Shown in pieces: positions 1 to 6,949 of a DNA stretch of 32,000 nt. The stretch is from assembly GCF_001262605.1 (NCBI RefSeq), contig NZ_LGTC01000001.1, positions 1,071,192 to 1,103,191 on the forward strand, written 5' to 3'. Every line of letters begins with the position of its first letter. The stretch's first letter is position 1. This DNA is from Pseudobacteroides cellulosolvens ATCC 35603 = DSM 2933. Lineage in GTDB: Bacteria; Bacillota; Clostridia; Acetivibrionales; DSM-2933. Position numbers and translations under genes: made by a program. Below the pieces are notes generated by a model, which ran no database searches, was not told where the DNA came from, and saw only the letters and a list, made by a program, of their open reading frames with translations.

Positions 1-1
1 A

Positions 2-178
2 ACCGTCATCCGCGTATTCGCTGAGAATCAGCCTGTAACGTCAATTGTTGAGTCGATTCGCTCACTGCTGAACTCTAAACCCGTTGGAAACGATATTTGG
101 ATAGCCCTTGCGTGGTGTGTTGGTATCATGGTTGTTGCTTACCTATTCGCGATGAAGGTATATCGACGCAGGATATGA
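2..178 (+). CDS. 3' end of a membrane permease gene, probably ABC-2-type transporter permease (5'-partial, runs off the left edge)
   Basis: Frame 2 is open from the window edge to TGA at 176-178. It reads TVIRVFAENQPVTSIVESIRSLLNSKPVGNDIWIALAWCVGIMVVAYLFAMKVYRRRI*, a terminal hydrophobic helix plus basic tail as in ABC-2/DrrB-like permease C-termini. GC is visibly higher than in the next 600 bp. It is absent from the ORF track because it has no start in the window. The family call is from memory of the family only. Confidence 0.4.
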   Translation, partial: TVIRVFAENQPVTSIVESIRSLLNSKPVGNDIWIALAWCVGIMVVAYLFAMKVYRRRI

Positions 179-411
179 AAACACGAGGTAAGGGATGTAC
201 CTAACATCCGTAAAGATCTGTGATATAGTCATAGCAGAAATCTATTACCAATATTTATACAACACAAATAGAATAATAATACTAATAATAATTGTTAATG
301 CAATTTCAAAGAAATCAAATATATCTTTTATAAACTTTTTCTTTGTTAATTTGTTTCTATTAATAAGTTTATTTTTCATATTTAACATCACTTAAGGTAA
401 GCACACCTTTA

Positions 412-735
412 TTACAAATAATATCGAATAAACATCCAATTTGTAAAGAATCCCAATATAGATCCGAAAAAGATGTAAAAAATCCTAGATAGCAATTTGT
501 TTATTTTACTACTAAATTTAAATAAAATATATACAAGAACTAAAGAAAAAACAATATGCATATAAAATGAAAATTCATTTACTATTAAGTGGTCATTTGC
601 AGAATATACACCCATTGGAAACTTTTGAGTAAAGTCCATAAGATTGAAGGCAATATTTATTAATAAGTTAATAATAAATGGGCTTGCATAATACGACAAT
701 TTATATCTGTTTTTAGCTTCAAAACAAAGGAACAT
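412..735 (-). CDS. hypothetical small membrane protein (107 aa, about 3 hydrophobic helices)
   Basis: ORF-track ORF with a GGAGG Shine-Dalgarno 5-6 nt upstream of the ATG at 735 (minus strand cagatGGAGGatatATG). The sequence is hydrophobic. I recognise no family. Confidence 0.45.
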   Translation of the reverse strand: MFLCFEAKNRYKLSYYASPFIINLLINIAFNLMDFTQKFPMGVYSANDHLIVNEFSFYMHIVFSLVLVYILFKFSSKINKLLSRIFYIFFGSILGFFTNWMFIRYYL

Positions 736-761
736 ATATCCTCCATCTGATTACACGAAAT

Positions 762-778
762 CTTTATTTCGTGTAATC
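762..778. repeat. attL: 17-bp core ctttatttcgtgtaatc shared by all three prophage junctions
   Basis: The same 17-mer occurs at 762-778 and 7722-7738. It recurs at 16495-16511 with t instead of c at the first base. Sequence identity between the repeat units starts exactly at this core. Here the core forms the loop and right arm of a 13-bp-arm palindrome (749-761 gattacacgaaat / 766-778 atttcgtgtaatc). Confidence 0.8.
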
Positions 779-858
779 TATTGTAAATCTTTTTACCCCA
801 TACCCCTATTATCTATTAATATTCAAAACAGACTATTTATTTAAAAATAATAACTTTT

Positions 859-1059
859 CTAAACTTTCTTCAAATCATTTAATTTAAGAGTACCTAAAAA
901 CTGAGTTAATCCTTCATCGTCACAAATCTCAATTTCACAATCAACATCACTATAAATTTCAAGAATGGTACCTTTTTGTCCTTTTATAAGACTATGTTCT
1001 GGTATGTCACATAATAATTCTACCACATCAAATTCTTTCATTATTTTCAATGCCCCCAT
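859..1059 (-). CDS. DUF4926-like small protein (66 aa)
   Basis: MKEFDVVELLCDIPEHSLIKGQKGTILEIY..CEIEICDDEGLT..LGTLKLNDLK follows the pattern I associate with DUF4926 proteins. It is the last gene of the phage minus-strand cluster. Confidence 0.55.
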   Translation of the reverse strand: MGALKIMKEFDVVELLCDIPEHSLIKGQKGTILEIYSDVDCEIEICDDEGLTQFLGTLKLNDLKKV

Positions 1060-1095
1060 ATATAAAATTTAATTTTATTTTACACTTCAAATATA

Positions 1096-1362
1096 TTATT
1101 GTAAAAGCTTTTCCAAGCTTTTCTTAATTTTATCAAGTTCTTTCTTATATTTGCAAGTTTCACATTCAAAAAGTCTATCTTTAATACGGCGATTGCTTGA
1201 ATGATCTTCAATAAAGTTTTCACAATATTGTGGTATGTAATGTCGATTATAATTGTTTCTGATGTTAATGCATCTAATACAATGATCTAAACATTCAGCA
1301 CTATTAAGACAATAACCGCATCGACACCAGTAACAATTATATAAAGGTATTTTATAAGGCAT
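1096..1362 (-). CDS. Cys-rich small protein (88 aa, 11 Cys), possible metal-binding; function unknown
   Basis: ORF-track ORF with a clustered Cys pattern (CYWCRCGYC..C..C..C ... C ... CETC) and a Lys-rich helical tail. It is identical in both copies. Confidence 0.5.
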   Translation of the reverse strand: MPYKIPLYNCYWCRCGYCLNSAECLDHCIRCINIRNNYNRHYIPQYCENFIEDHSSNRRIKDRLFECETCKYKKELDKIKKSLEKLLQ

Positions 1363-1485
1363 TTTATATATCCTTTTTGCAATTTTTTAATTATTAAATT
1401 TCATATTTTAGTCGATTTTGGGTACGATCCGAACAGAATCTGCACAAAAACATGAAATTTAGACTATCGTTGACTGCATCACATA

Positions 1486-2667
1486 TTAAGCAACTGCATC
1501 TATTTCAGCCATAATTTTTTGTACCTCTTCGCTAACAGAATCATCAACATATTTATTATCAGCAAAAGTAAAGTCATCAGGAACAATAGAAAATTGCTTG
1601 AGGTTAACAACTGATGTTGTCCATGATATTCCTGATTCAATTAATATCTTTTTATATTTGTAGAATGTAGCTTTTTTATAATTTTGCTTTGTTTGTTCTT
1701 CTCCAAACTGTACCATTTGTGTCCACATTGAATATAAACTATTAGATAATCTTGTATCAAATAATTCATTTAATTTTTCTAATACTAAGTCACTACGCCT
1801 TACGATATCCATTTGGTCGTCCTCCTTAATTATCTTTTTTAACTCTGAATCTCTGAATGATTCTAAGGTTTTATCATCAATCATATATACAAATACCTTC
1901 TCTGAATCATATAATTCTTTGAGTTTTCTTATTTTTATTGAACATTCAAAACGGATAGTTCTCATTGCTCTTTCTAATATTTTATCAAACTTAATTTTTA
2001 ATAATGCTAGTTTATGACCAATATTATAATCACCATGAACTACAGAACAACTTTTATCTAATTCCCTTTTTATATATTTATCAATTCTCTTCCAGTCATG
2101 TTTTTTAAATTCAGGGCCCTTCCAGTAAAATTTATCAGTACATGTTGAACCAGAAAACATTAATGAAGTATCAAATATTATAGGTTTTCTTCTAGTATAA
2201 TAAGCATTCTTTAAATTTTCCATAATTTTCTTACATATGGAATGATGCTTAAAAACAAATATTTTTGACACATCAATTTTTTCTACTTCCCACCAATGAT
2301 AAGGTGGTAAATTAACATTCATTGCATTTTCTAAAAACTTTATTAAATACTTGACTGATTGTTGTATCTTTGTAGGACCACCGAAACAATTATGATTCAT
2401 CATTAACTTATGTAAACTACATTCAACCTTTATATACCAAGGCACTTTTATTTTTTCAGGTATACCATTTTCATTAATCCAATCGGTATTATCTACTGTT
2501 AACCTTATTCTATAATCATAACTGCCTTCAAGTTCACCAGAAGTAAATTGATATAATATTTCTCCTGTTTCAAAATTTAGACCCTCATAAATATTGCAAA
2601 AAGTTATTATTTTATCTTTAGTAATATCATCTATTTCAGGAGATTTAATAATTATTGTATCGTACAT
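1486..2667 (-). CDS. rolling-circle replication initiation protein, filamentous-phage gene II/X (G2P)-like
   Basis: 393 aa with GGAGG 11 nt upstream. The N-terminus MYDTIIIKSP and the segment ECSLHKLMMNHNCFGG resemble the S-x-x-K-x-x-x-G-H-N-x-F-G signature I recall for phage/plasmid replication protein II/X. Its position next to the Zot-like gene fits. Confidence 0.7.
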   Translation of the reverse strand: MYDTIIIKSPEIDDITKDKIITFCNIYEGLNFETGEILYQFTSGELEGSYDYRIRLTVDNTDWINENGIPEKIKVPWYIKVECSLHKLMMNHNCFGGPTKIQQSVKYLIKFLENAMNVNLPPYHWWEVEKIDVSKIFVFKHHSICKKIMENLKNAYYTRRKPIIFDTSLMFSGSTCTDKFYWKGPEFKKHDWKRIDKYIKRELDKSCSVVHGDYNIGHKLALLKIKFDKILERAMRTIRFECSIKIRKLKELYDSEKVFVYMIDDKTLESFRDSELKKIIKEDDQMDIVRRSDLVLEKLNELFDTRLSNSLYSMWTQMVQFGEEQTKQNYKKATFYKYKKILIESGISWTTSVVNLKQFSIVPDDFTFADNKYVDDSVSEEVQKIMAEIDAVA

Positions 2668-2700
2668 TTTTGTTTAACCTCCATTAAAATTTTTTATTTT

Positions 2701-2851
2701 GTCTATGTACGTAGACTCTCGTCGGGTGTTACATAGACCCGACGTGTTTTTCTCTTCAAACTATCTACTGCTTTTGTAGGGGTTTTTCTTAAAGTCTGTA
2801 GCGAATGGGTACCCCCTCCACACAGTGGAGCCTCCCCCATTCACTACAGAC
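2701..2851. other. hairpin-rich intergenic region between the Zot-like and Rep genes; candidate origin or packaging signal
   Basis: gtctatgta (2701-2709) pairs with tacatagac (2730-2738). cgtcggg (2720-2726) pairs with cccgacg (2738-2744), so the two helices interleave. A 58-nt hairpin spans 2794-2851, with 16-nt arms gtctgtagcgaatggg / cccattcactacagac (one mismatch) and an inner ctcca/tggag stem. The region is more GC-rich than its surroundings. Confidence 0.5.
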
Positions 2852-3545
2852 TAAAATCCAAAGACCTGTCAAAAGCTGAATAGCTATCATAAAGATTAGA
2901 ATACATTTTTTTGAATGTAAAAAATTGTATTCCACACTTTTCATTTACACCATACCAATAGGTAACAACGACAAATGCCTTAAGCTGTAAAAGTGATATT
3001 ATCATTCCTACAGTTCCAAAATTGTTAATTTTACGGTGCTTACAGTTATACTCAATAAATGCCCTAATCTGTCTATCAATAAGCCTATCATTCTGAGCAA
3101 TTAATATAACGTTATATCCAAGATGCCTATGCAACTGAAAAAACTTTATCCAGTTTGGGCGGTCTTTTCTGGAATATTCCCTGGGATTAAATATTACAGG
3201 ACATTCATCAATAATTAAAAGTGTCTGCCCTTCCCTACCCTTTTTATGATTATGTTTAGCAAAACATACAAGCAAAGTAGGATTAAGCTTAGAATTATCT
3301 ATGTAAAGGAATTTTCCTATTTTATACTCTAACTTGCCCTGAAGCTTTTCTTTTACCTTTTCTTCTTTCTTAAATAGTCTTGCAATTTTTAATATAATAT
3401 TCTTTATAGGCTTAAATTTAACTATTTCAAGATTAATAGGAAAATTAGATATTACATTATGTCCACGTCTTAATTTGAACATTATATCCCTTGCAACATT
3501 AAGACTTTTCCCACTTCCTGGTGTTCCTGAATTAAGATAAATCAT
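2844..3545 (-). CDS. Zot-like P-loop assembly ATPase (pI analogue), 233-aa form
   Basis: Walker A GTPGSGKS near the N-terminus and Walker B LLIIDECP, in the position of gene I in inovirus synteny. The stop codon lies in the right arm of the 2794-2851 hairpin. The C-terminal tail is hydrophilic, unlike the copy-2 form. Confidence 0.8.
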   Translation of the reverse strand: MIYLNSGTPGSGKSLNVARDIMFKLRRGHNVISNFPINLEIVKFKPIKNIILKIARLFKKEEKVKEKLQGKLEYKIGKFLYIDNSKLNPTLLVCFAKHNHKKGREGQTLLIIDECPVIFNPREYSRKDRPNWIKFFQLHRHLGYNVILIAQNDRLIDRQIRAFIEYNCKHRKINNFGTVGMIISLLQLKAFVVVTYWYGVNEKCGIQFFTFKKMYSNLYDSYSAFDRSLDFSL

Positions 3546-3558
3546 ATTTTAACACCCC

Positions 3559-3819
3559 TTATTTAATCATTCTTGCCCATCTCAAAATGAGCTGATAAGT
3601 ATAATAGACAGCCACTACAATTAACCATGCTTCTAATATGCTAATCATTTGGGCTATAGGTAACACCCAATTTAGTCCACCAAGAAATGAATTTACATCG
3701 GCATTATTTACAGTGTGAAATGGTGAATCAGGCAAAAGATTTATAATCCTTGCAACTAATTCAATTAACTTTTGTGTAATGCCTCCAAAAATATCACCAA
3801 ATATATCCATATTAATCAC
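3559..3819 (-). CDS. small membrane protein, pVI-like minor coat candidate (86 aa)
   Basis: Its size, hydrophobic segments and position between the pIII-like and Zot-like genes fit pVI. The annotated start at 3819 is GTG, and the ATG at 3810 is an alternative. It overlaps the upstream gene by 8 nt. Confidence 0.5.
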   Translation of the reverse strand: MINMDIFGDIFGGITQKLIELVARIINLLPDSPFHTVNNADVNSFLGGLNWVLPIAQMISILEAWLIVVAVYYTYQLILRWARMIK

Positions 3820-5122
3820 CTATAAACCTTCTTGAATTAATAATTAAAATAAAAGTGAAAATTAAAAGAGTTCCCCACCTTACAATTTTTGCCCATGCTT
3901 CAAACTGTGAAAAGTCTATAGTAAATTTACCTCCGCCCTTAAAAACAGAGTTTGAAAGGTCAATTTCCCATACGGGTGCTTTTGGTGTTGATTTTAATGC
4001 AACTACTGAATTATAAATGTCATATGGTATACAAAATGGAAACTTTCTTTTCATGAAATCACTTGGAATTGTTGGTGTATCTGTTCCCCATGTATTTGTT
4101 TCATTTGGGTCTGTCCATTCAAGCAAAACAAACTTTTTTGTAAATACAATTTTTCCAGTTGCATCCTTTATTTCAACTATGTTTTGTCCAATTTTATAAG
4201 GATTATTATATTTACCTTGCTCAACATTATAAAAATGATCATCGTAATAAGTTATTTGTTGATTTATAGGACAATCATTATATTTAACACCATTAACATA
4301 TATAGAATGCAATTGTTTGTTATATGTACCAGTACGTAAAACATACCATGTTGGAGCATATTGATATGTCTTTTCATTGTCAAATCCTATTATGTCTATT
4401 TTATTTGCATTAGTTTGCACTATTTCGAATTGTACTTCTGCTAATATTTCTCCAAATCCCGGTTCTCCTGGTGCAAGTCCTGTATTTTCTATGGTTATGC
4501 GATTTATACCTGGTACATATGGAATAATTTTTCCGGGAACATAAAAACCACTTAATGATTCGGTTAAATCCCATATATAAGTCATATTCATTTCCCAATT
4601 ACCATTTTTATCTTTTCCATATAAAATTACATCATAAGAAGAACCGTTGGTATCTGTAATTATTTGTATATTTGGATTTTCATCTATATATTTTTTTGAA
4701 CCTATAGGACTAATAAATTCAAATGTTGGTATATGTTCGTTACTTATTTTGTGTATTGTGCCATCATCATATACTACATCATAATTAGTATATACAAATG
4801 TTTGCCACGTGCCACCATGATAAAAATTTGCTGTTTGAAACCATTGTGAAATTTGCCCATTGTACAATTCAACTTCTATATAATTTCCTGAATTCTGTTT
4901 CCATAGTTGTTCAGTTTTATTATTCATTATTAACTTATCTTGCGAGTATATTGTTGTAGATACTAATTTACCATTATTTATATGTTCAATTACTGTTATA
5001 TAAGGATAGTCAATTGCATTATATTGCGTTAATGTTGTTGGTGATATTGTGTATGCAAAACAATTTATATAAAATCCTAAAGAAACAACTAATAAAATCA
5101 TAACATATAGTATTTTTTTCAT
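3812..5122 (-). CDS. pIII-like adsorption/minor coat protein candidate (436 aa)
   Basis: It has an N-terminal signal peptide (MKKILYVMILLVVSLGFYINCFA) and a C-terminal membrane anchor (WGTLLIFTFILIINSRRF). It lies immediately after the major coat gene, as gene III does. No sequence family is recognised. Confidence 0.55.
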   Translation of the reverse strand: MKKILYVMILLVVSLGFYINCFAYTISPTTLTQYNAIDYPYITVIEHINNGKLVSTTIYSQDKLIMNNKTEQLWKQNSGNYIEVELYNGQISQWFQTANFYHGGTWQTFVYTNYDVVYDDGTIHKISNEHIPTFEFISPIGSKKYIDENPNIQIITDTNGSSYDVILYGKDKNGNWEMNMTYIWDLTESLSGFYVPGKIIPYVPGINRITIENTGLAPGEPGFGEILAEVQFEIVQTNANKIDIIGFDNEKTYQYAPTWYVLRTGTYNKQLHSIYVNGVKYNDCPINQQITYYDDHFYNVEQGKYNNPYKIGQNIVEIKDATGKIVFTKKFVLLEWTDPNETNTWGTDTPTIPSDFMKRKFPFCIPYDIYNSVVALKSTPKAPVWEIDLSNSVFKGGGKFTIDFSQFEAWAKIVRWGTLLIFTFILIINSRRFIGD

Positions 5123-5139
5123 AACCTCACCGTCCCTTC

Positions 5140-5166
5140 AAAAAAAGGGACAGCCGAAGCCATCCC
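5140..5166 (-). terminator. intrinsic terminator after the major coat gene
   Basis: The minus strand reads GGGAUGGC-UUCG-GCUGUCCC (8-bp stem including two G-U pairs, UUCG tetraloop) followed by U7. It lies between the coat and pIII-like genes, as in Ff phages. The copy-2 equivalent is at 12100-12126. Confidence 0.6.
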
Positions 5167-5183
5167 CATTCCCTTTGGCAAAA

Positions 5184-5432
5184 TTATTTTGCCAGGCTTG
5201 CAAAAAACCTTTTGCCATACTTCCAAACCAAAAATGCACCAAATACAGCCAAACCATATGGAGCAACTTTGGCAAGACCTGCTAATACATCCGATTTGAT
5301 AGCAGTAAAATCAGTATCCATAGCAGTTGCTGTTCCTTCATCAAGTGCAGCAAATGACTGTATTGATACCATTGCAACTGCTAAACAAGTAAAAATAACT
5401 GATAAAAGTTTCTTTTTGTTTAATCTTTTCAT
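5184..5432 (-). CDS. major coat protein precursor (pVIII-like, 82 aa)
   Basis: It has a signal peptide ending SFA, an acidic mature N-terminus (ALDEGTATAMDTD), a hydrophobic core (GLAKVAPYGLAVFGAFLVW) and a basic C-terminus (KYGKRFFASLAK). This is the canonical inovirus coat layout. GGAGGG sits upstream. Confidence 0.8.
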   Translation of the reverse strand: MKRLNKKKLLSVIFTCLAVAMVSIQSFAALDEGTATAMDTDFTAIKSDVLAGLAKVAPYGLAVFGAFLVWKYGKRFFASLAK

Positions 5433-5461
5433 AAAAGACCCTCCTTAAATATGTAATTAGA

Positions 5462-5569
5462 TTATCTAAACAGTCTTAAACAGACCGTAAAGCCAAAACT
5501 TAAAAGAAATGCACTACCTGTAATTACTAAACCCCATTTCAAACCCATAAACACTAAACTAAAATCCAT
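5462..5569 (-). CDS. 35-aa hydrophobic protein, pVII/pIX-like minor coat candidate (not in ORF track)
   Basis: The minus strand reads AGGTGGTGctgatATG, then MDFSLVFMGLKWGLVITGSAFLLSFGFTVCLRLFR*. The RBS overlaps the stop of the upstream ORF. Size and position match gene VII/IX. Confidence 0.45.
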   Translation of the reverse strand: MDFSLVFMGLKWGLVITGSAFLLSFGFTVCLRLFR

Positions 5570-5580
5570 ATCAGCACCAC

Positions 5581-5736
5581 CTAAGAATTACGATTAAAGC
5601 ATGATACAAATACCAAAACAACAACTGTTGCAATAAAGAAACCAAAAAATATATTAATTAAAGATATTGCATCGTTTACTGCTTTTAATGTCTGATATTC
5701 GTAATATGTACCATAAACCGCTTCATAAACTGCCAT
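5581..5736 (-). CDS. 51-aa small membrane protein, minor coat candidate
   Basis: I trimmed the 76-aa track ORF to the internal ATG at 5736 (MAVYEAVYGTYYEYQ...). That ATG starts 4 nt after the stop of the upstream gene and has AGAGG upstream. The longer form would overlap the ssDNA-binding candidate by 71 nt. Confidence 0.4.
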   Translation of the reverse strand: MAVYEAVYGTYYEYQTLKAVNDAISLINIFFGFFIATVVVLVFVSCFNRNS

Positions 5737-5740
5737 GACA

Positions 5741-6052
5741 CTATACCTCTGAAAGTAATTCAAGTGAATCCAGTTTAACCTGGAGTTTACCTTTAACATT
5801 CTTAAATGCAAAGGTCATTGTGTAAAATGCTGGCACAACTGTAACTGAGCCGATTTTTTCAGTTGGAAGACTTTCTTTAACAACCTTTGTTCCTAAAGTG
5901 CCATCTTCATTTAATAAAGGTTTAAGAGAATCTACCGGAATATACTCAATTGTATTCCCTTCCCTTACTTCCCCTGTTCTTTCATCAACCATTGACCACT
6001 TGTTAGGATTGGCGAACGTTACAAGTCCGATTACTTTATTTTCCATGCTCAT
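5741..6052 (-). CDS. ssDNA-binding protein candidate (pV analogue, 103 aa)
   Basis: The call rests on size and position upstream of the coat module, and on a beta-rich composition. No motif is recognised. Confidence 0.4.
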   Translation of the reverse strand: MSMENKVIGLVTFANPNKWSMVDERTGEVREGNTIEYIPVDSLKPLLNEDGTLGTKVVKESLPTEKIGSVTVVPAFYTMTFAFKNVKGKLQVKLDSLELLSEV

Positions 6053-6168
6053 TCCTCCTCATCATCTTTATAATTACATTGTGTACAATGCCAAAATGCG
6101 TCTTCATAAATTCCCATTGCGTTACATCCGATGTCAACCATTTCTGCCCCACAGTTAGGACAATTCAT
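6049..6168 (-). CDS. 39-aa zinc-ribbon protein
   Basis: I trimmed the 61-aa track ORF to the ATG at 6168, which is preceded by GGAGGGGG. The protein MNCPNCGAEM...HCTQCNYKDDEEE has two CxxC pairs. Its stop overlaps the next start (ATGA). Confidence 0.5.
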   Translation of the reverse strand: MNCPNCGAEMVDIGCNAMGIYEDAFWHCTQCNYKDDEEE

Positions 6169-6212
6169 AACAACCCCCTCCACATCGAACAATCGTTCTA
6201 ATATTATTGTAC

Positions 6213-6271
6213 TACTTGTGTAACCTATTAGCAAAACAGTTATTCCTACTTCTGTAACCTATTAGTAAAAC
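6213..6271. repeat. two 25-bp direct repeats (23/25 identical, 34-bp period); candidate operator or iteron
   Basis: The repeats are tacttgtgtaacctattagcaaaac (6213-6237) and tacttctgtaacctattagtaaaac (6247-6271). They lie between the predicted minus-strand promoter and the first structural-operon gene. The copy-2 equivalents span 14988-15046. Confidence 0.6.
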
Positions 6272-6325
6272 GAAAATATTTTTAAAAATCATATAACTGA
6301 CAACATCAAACGTATTACACTTTTA

Positions 6326-6355
6326 ATTATATATCTGTATAACATTCAATGTCAA
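6326..6355 (-). promoter_or_regulatory. sigma-A-like promoter for the phage minus-strand operon
   Basis: The minus strand reads TTGACA (6350-6355), an 18-nt spacer, then TATAAT (6326-6331). The copy-2 equivalent is at 15101-15130. Confidence 0.5.
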
Positions 6356-6364
6356 TAGTATGAT

Positions 6365-6393
6365 ATATTATATCTTAGGCAATATGTTATAAT
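6365..6393 (+). promoter_or_regulatory. divergent promoter for the RHH regulator gene (extended -10)
   Basis: TGtTATAAT lies at 6385-6393 with a weak -35. It is back-to-back with the minus-strand promoter. The copy-2 equivalent is at 15140-15168. Confidence 0.35.
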
Positions 6394-6426
6394 ACTTTTA
6401 AAATATACTTAGAAAGGATGTTTTTA

Positions 6427-6603
6427 ATGGCAAAAGATATTTTCACACTAAGAATTACACCTGAAATTTTGAATAAAATTAAAGCTATAGCAGGAATAGA
6501 AAAAAGAACAACAGCAACACAAATAGAGTATGCATTAGAAATATATATAAAAGACTATGAAAAATTACATGGTAAAGTTGAAGTAAAAGATAATGATGAA
6601 TAA
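6427..6603 (+). CDS. ribbon-helix-helix (CopG/Arc/MetJ-like) transcriptional regulator, 58 aa
   Basis: FTLRITPEILNKIKAIAGIEKRTTATQIEYALEIYI fits a strand-helix-helix pattern. I moved the start to the ATG at 6427, about 10 nt after AAAGGA, because the track start at 6418 is too close to the RBS. The gene is divergent from the structural operon. Confidence 0.55.
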   Translation: MAKDIFTLRITPEILNKIKAIAGIEKRTTATQIEYALEIYIKDYEKLHGKVEVKDNDE

Positions 6604-6613
6604 AAGGTGAATT

Positions 6614-6949
6614 ATGCAAAATAAAAGCTTAATTAAACATAAAAAAGAAATTTTATTATATTATAAATTATTGTCTATTTTATCTATAATATGTCTTGGT
6701 ATCATATTTCCTTTTATATTTAGCTTTTTGCATAAAGCAGATTTAATATCTCCATATATTATTAACATACCATTAAAATATTTTTATATATTTTATAGTG
6801 TTTTAGGAATGGTTGTAGGGTTTACAATTAGCTATATTAAAATATTAAAACTAAAGTTGTTTTTAGAAAGTTGTTTACGTATAGAAAAAATTGAAGAAGA
6901 TATATCAAAAATATTATATGAAAAGAATGATATTTATCAATCTTCCTAA
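6614..6949 (+). CDS. small membrane protein (111 aa, 2 TM plus helical tail); function unknown
   Basis: ORF-track ORF, 10 nt after the RHH gene and preceded by AAGGTG. It is hydrophobic and identical in both copies. Confidence 0.5.
   Translation: MQNKSLIKHKKEILLYYKLLSILSIICLGIIFPFIFSFLHKADLISPYIINIPLKYFYIFYSVLGMVVGFTISYIKILKLKLFLESCLRIEKIEEDISKILYEKNDIYQSS

Noticed and set aside
195-395. 66-aa plus-strand ORF in the AT-rich spacer (and a possible 45-aa minus-strand ORF at 242-379)
   Set aside because: The translation is extremely AT-rich and low in complexity (runs of I/N/F/L), there is no convincing RBS, and chance ORFs are expected at this composition.
745-778. Interpreting the att palindrome as a dif site or as an intrinsic terminator
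   Set aside because: Canonical dif sites are 11-6-11 imperfect palindromes with a recognisable XerD arm (TTATGTxAAxT-like). This site is a perfect 17-4-17 repeat with a different sequence. No U-tract follows it on either strand. Xer involvement therefore remains a hypothesis, not a call.
4017-4598. ORFs 4017-4199 (+) and 4410-4598 (-) and their copy-2 twins at 10977-11159 and 11370-11558
   Set aside because: They lie entirely inside the 436-aa pIII-like gene, either antisense or out of frame. They have no RBS and implausible composition.
5212-5448. Plus-strand ORFs antisense to the coat gene (5212-5448; 12172-12501 in copy 2) and to the ssDNA-binding gene (5898-6158; 14673-14933)
   Set aside because: They are shadow ORFs opposite well-supported genes. 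The copy-2 version simply runs on into the IS end, which shows it is not constrained.
5737-6234. Long forms of the 76-aa (5581-5811) and 61-aa (6049-6234) track ORFs
   Set aside because: Internal ATGs with good Shine-Dalgarno sequences (5736 and 6168) give non-overlapping, translationally coupled genes. The upstream extensions overlap the neighbouring gene or the operator repeats and look non-coding.
6213-6271. Direct repeats as a mini CRISPR array
   Set aside because: There are only two imperfect 25-bp repeats with a 9-bp spacer, they sit inside a phage promoter region, and no cas genes are present. No CRISPR-like array exists anywhere in the window.
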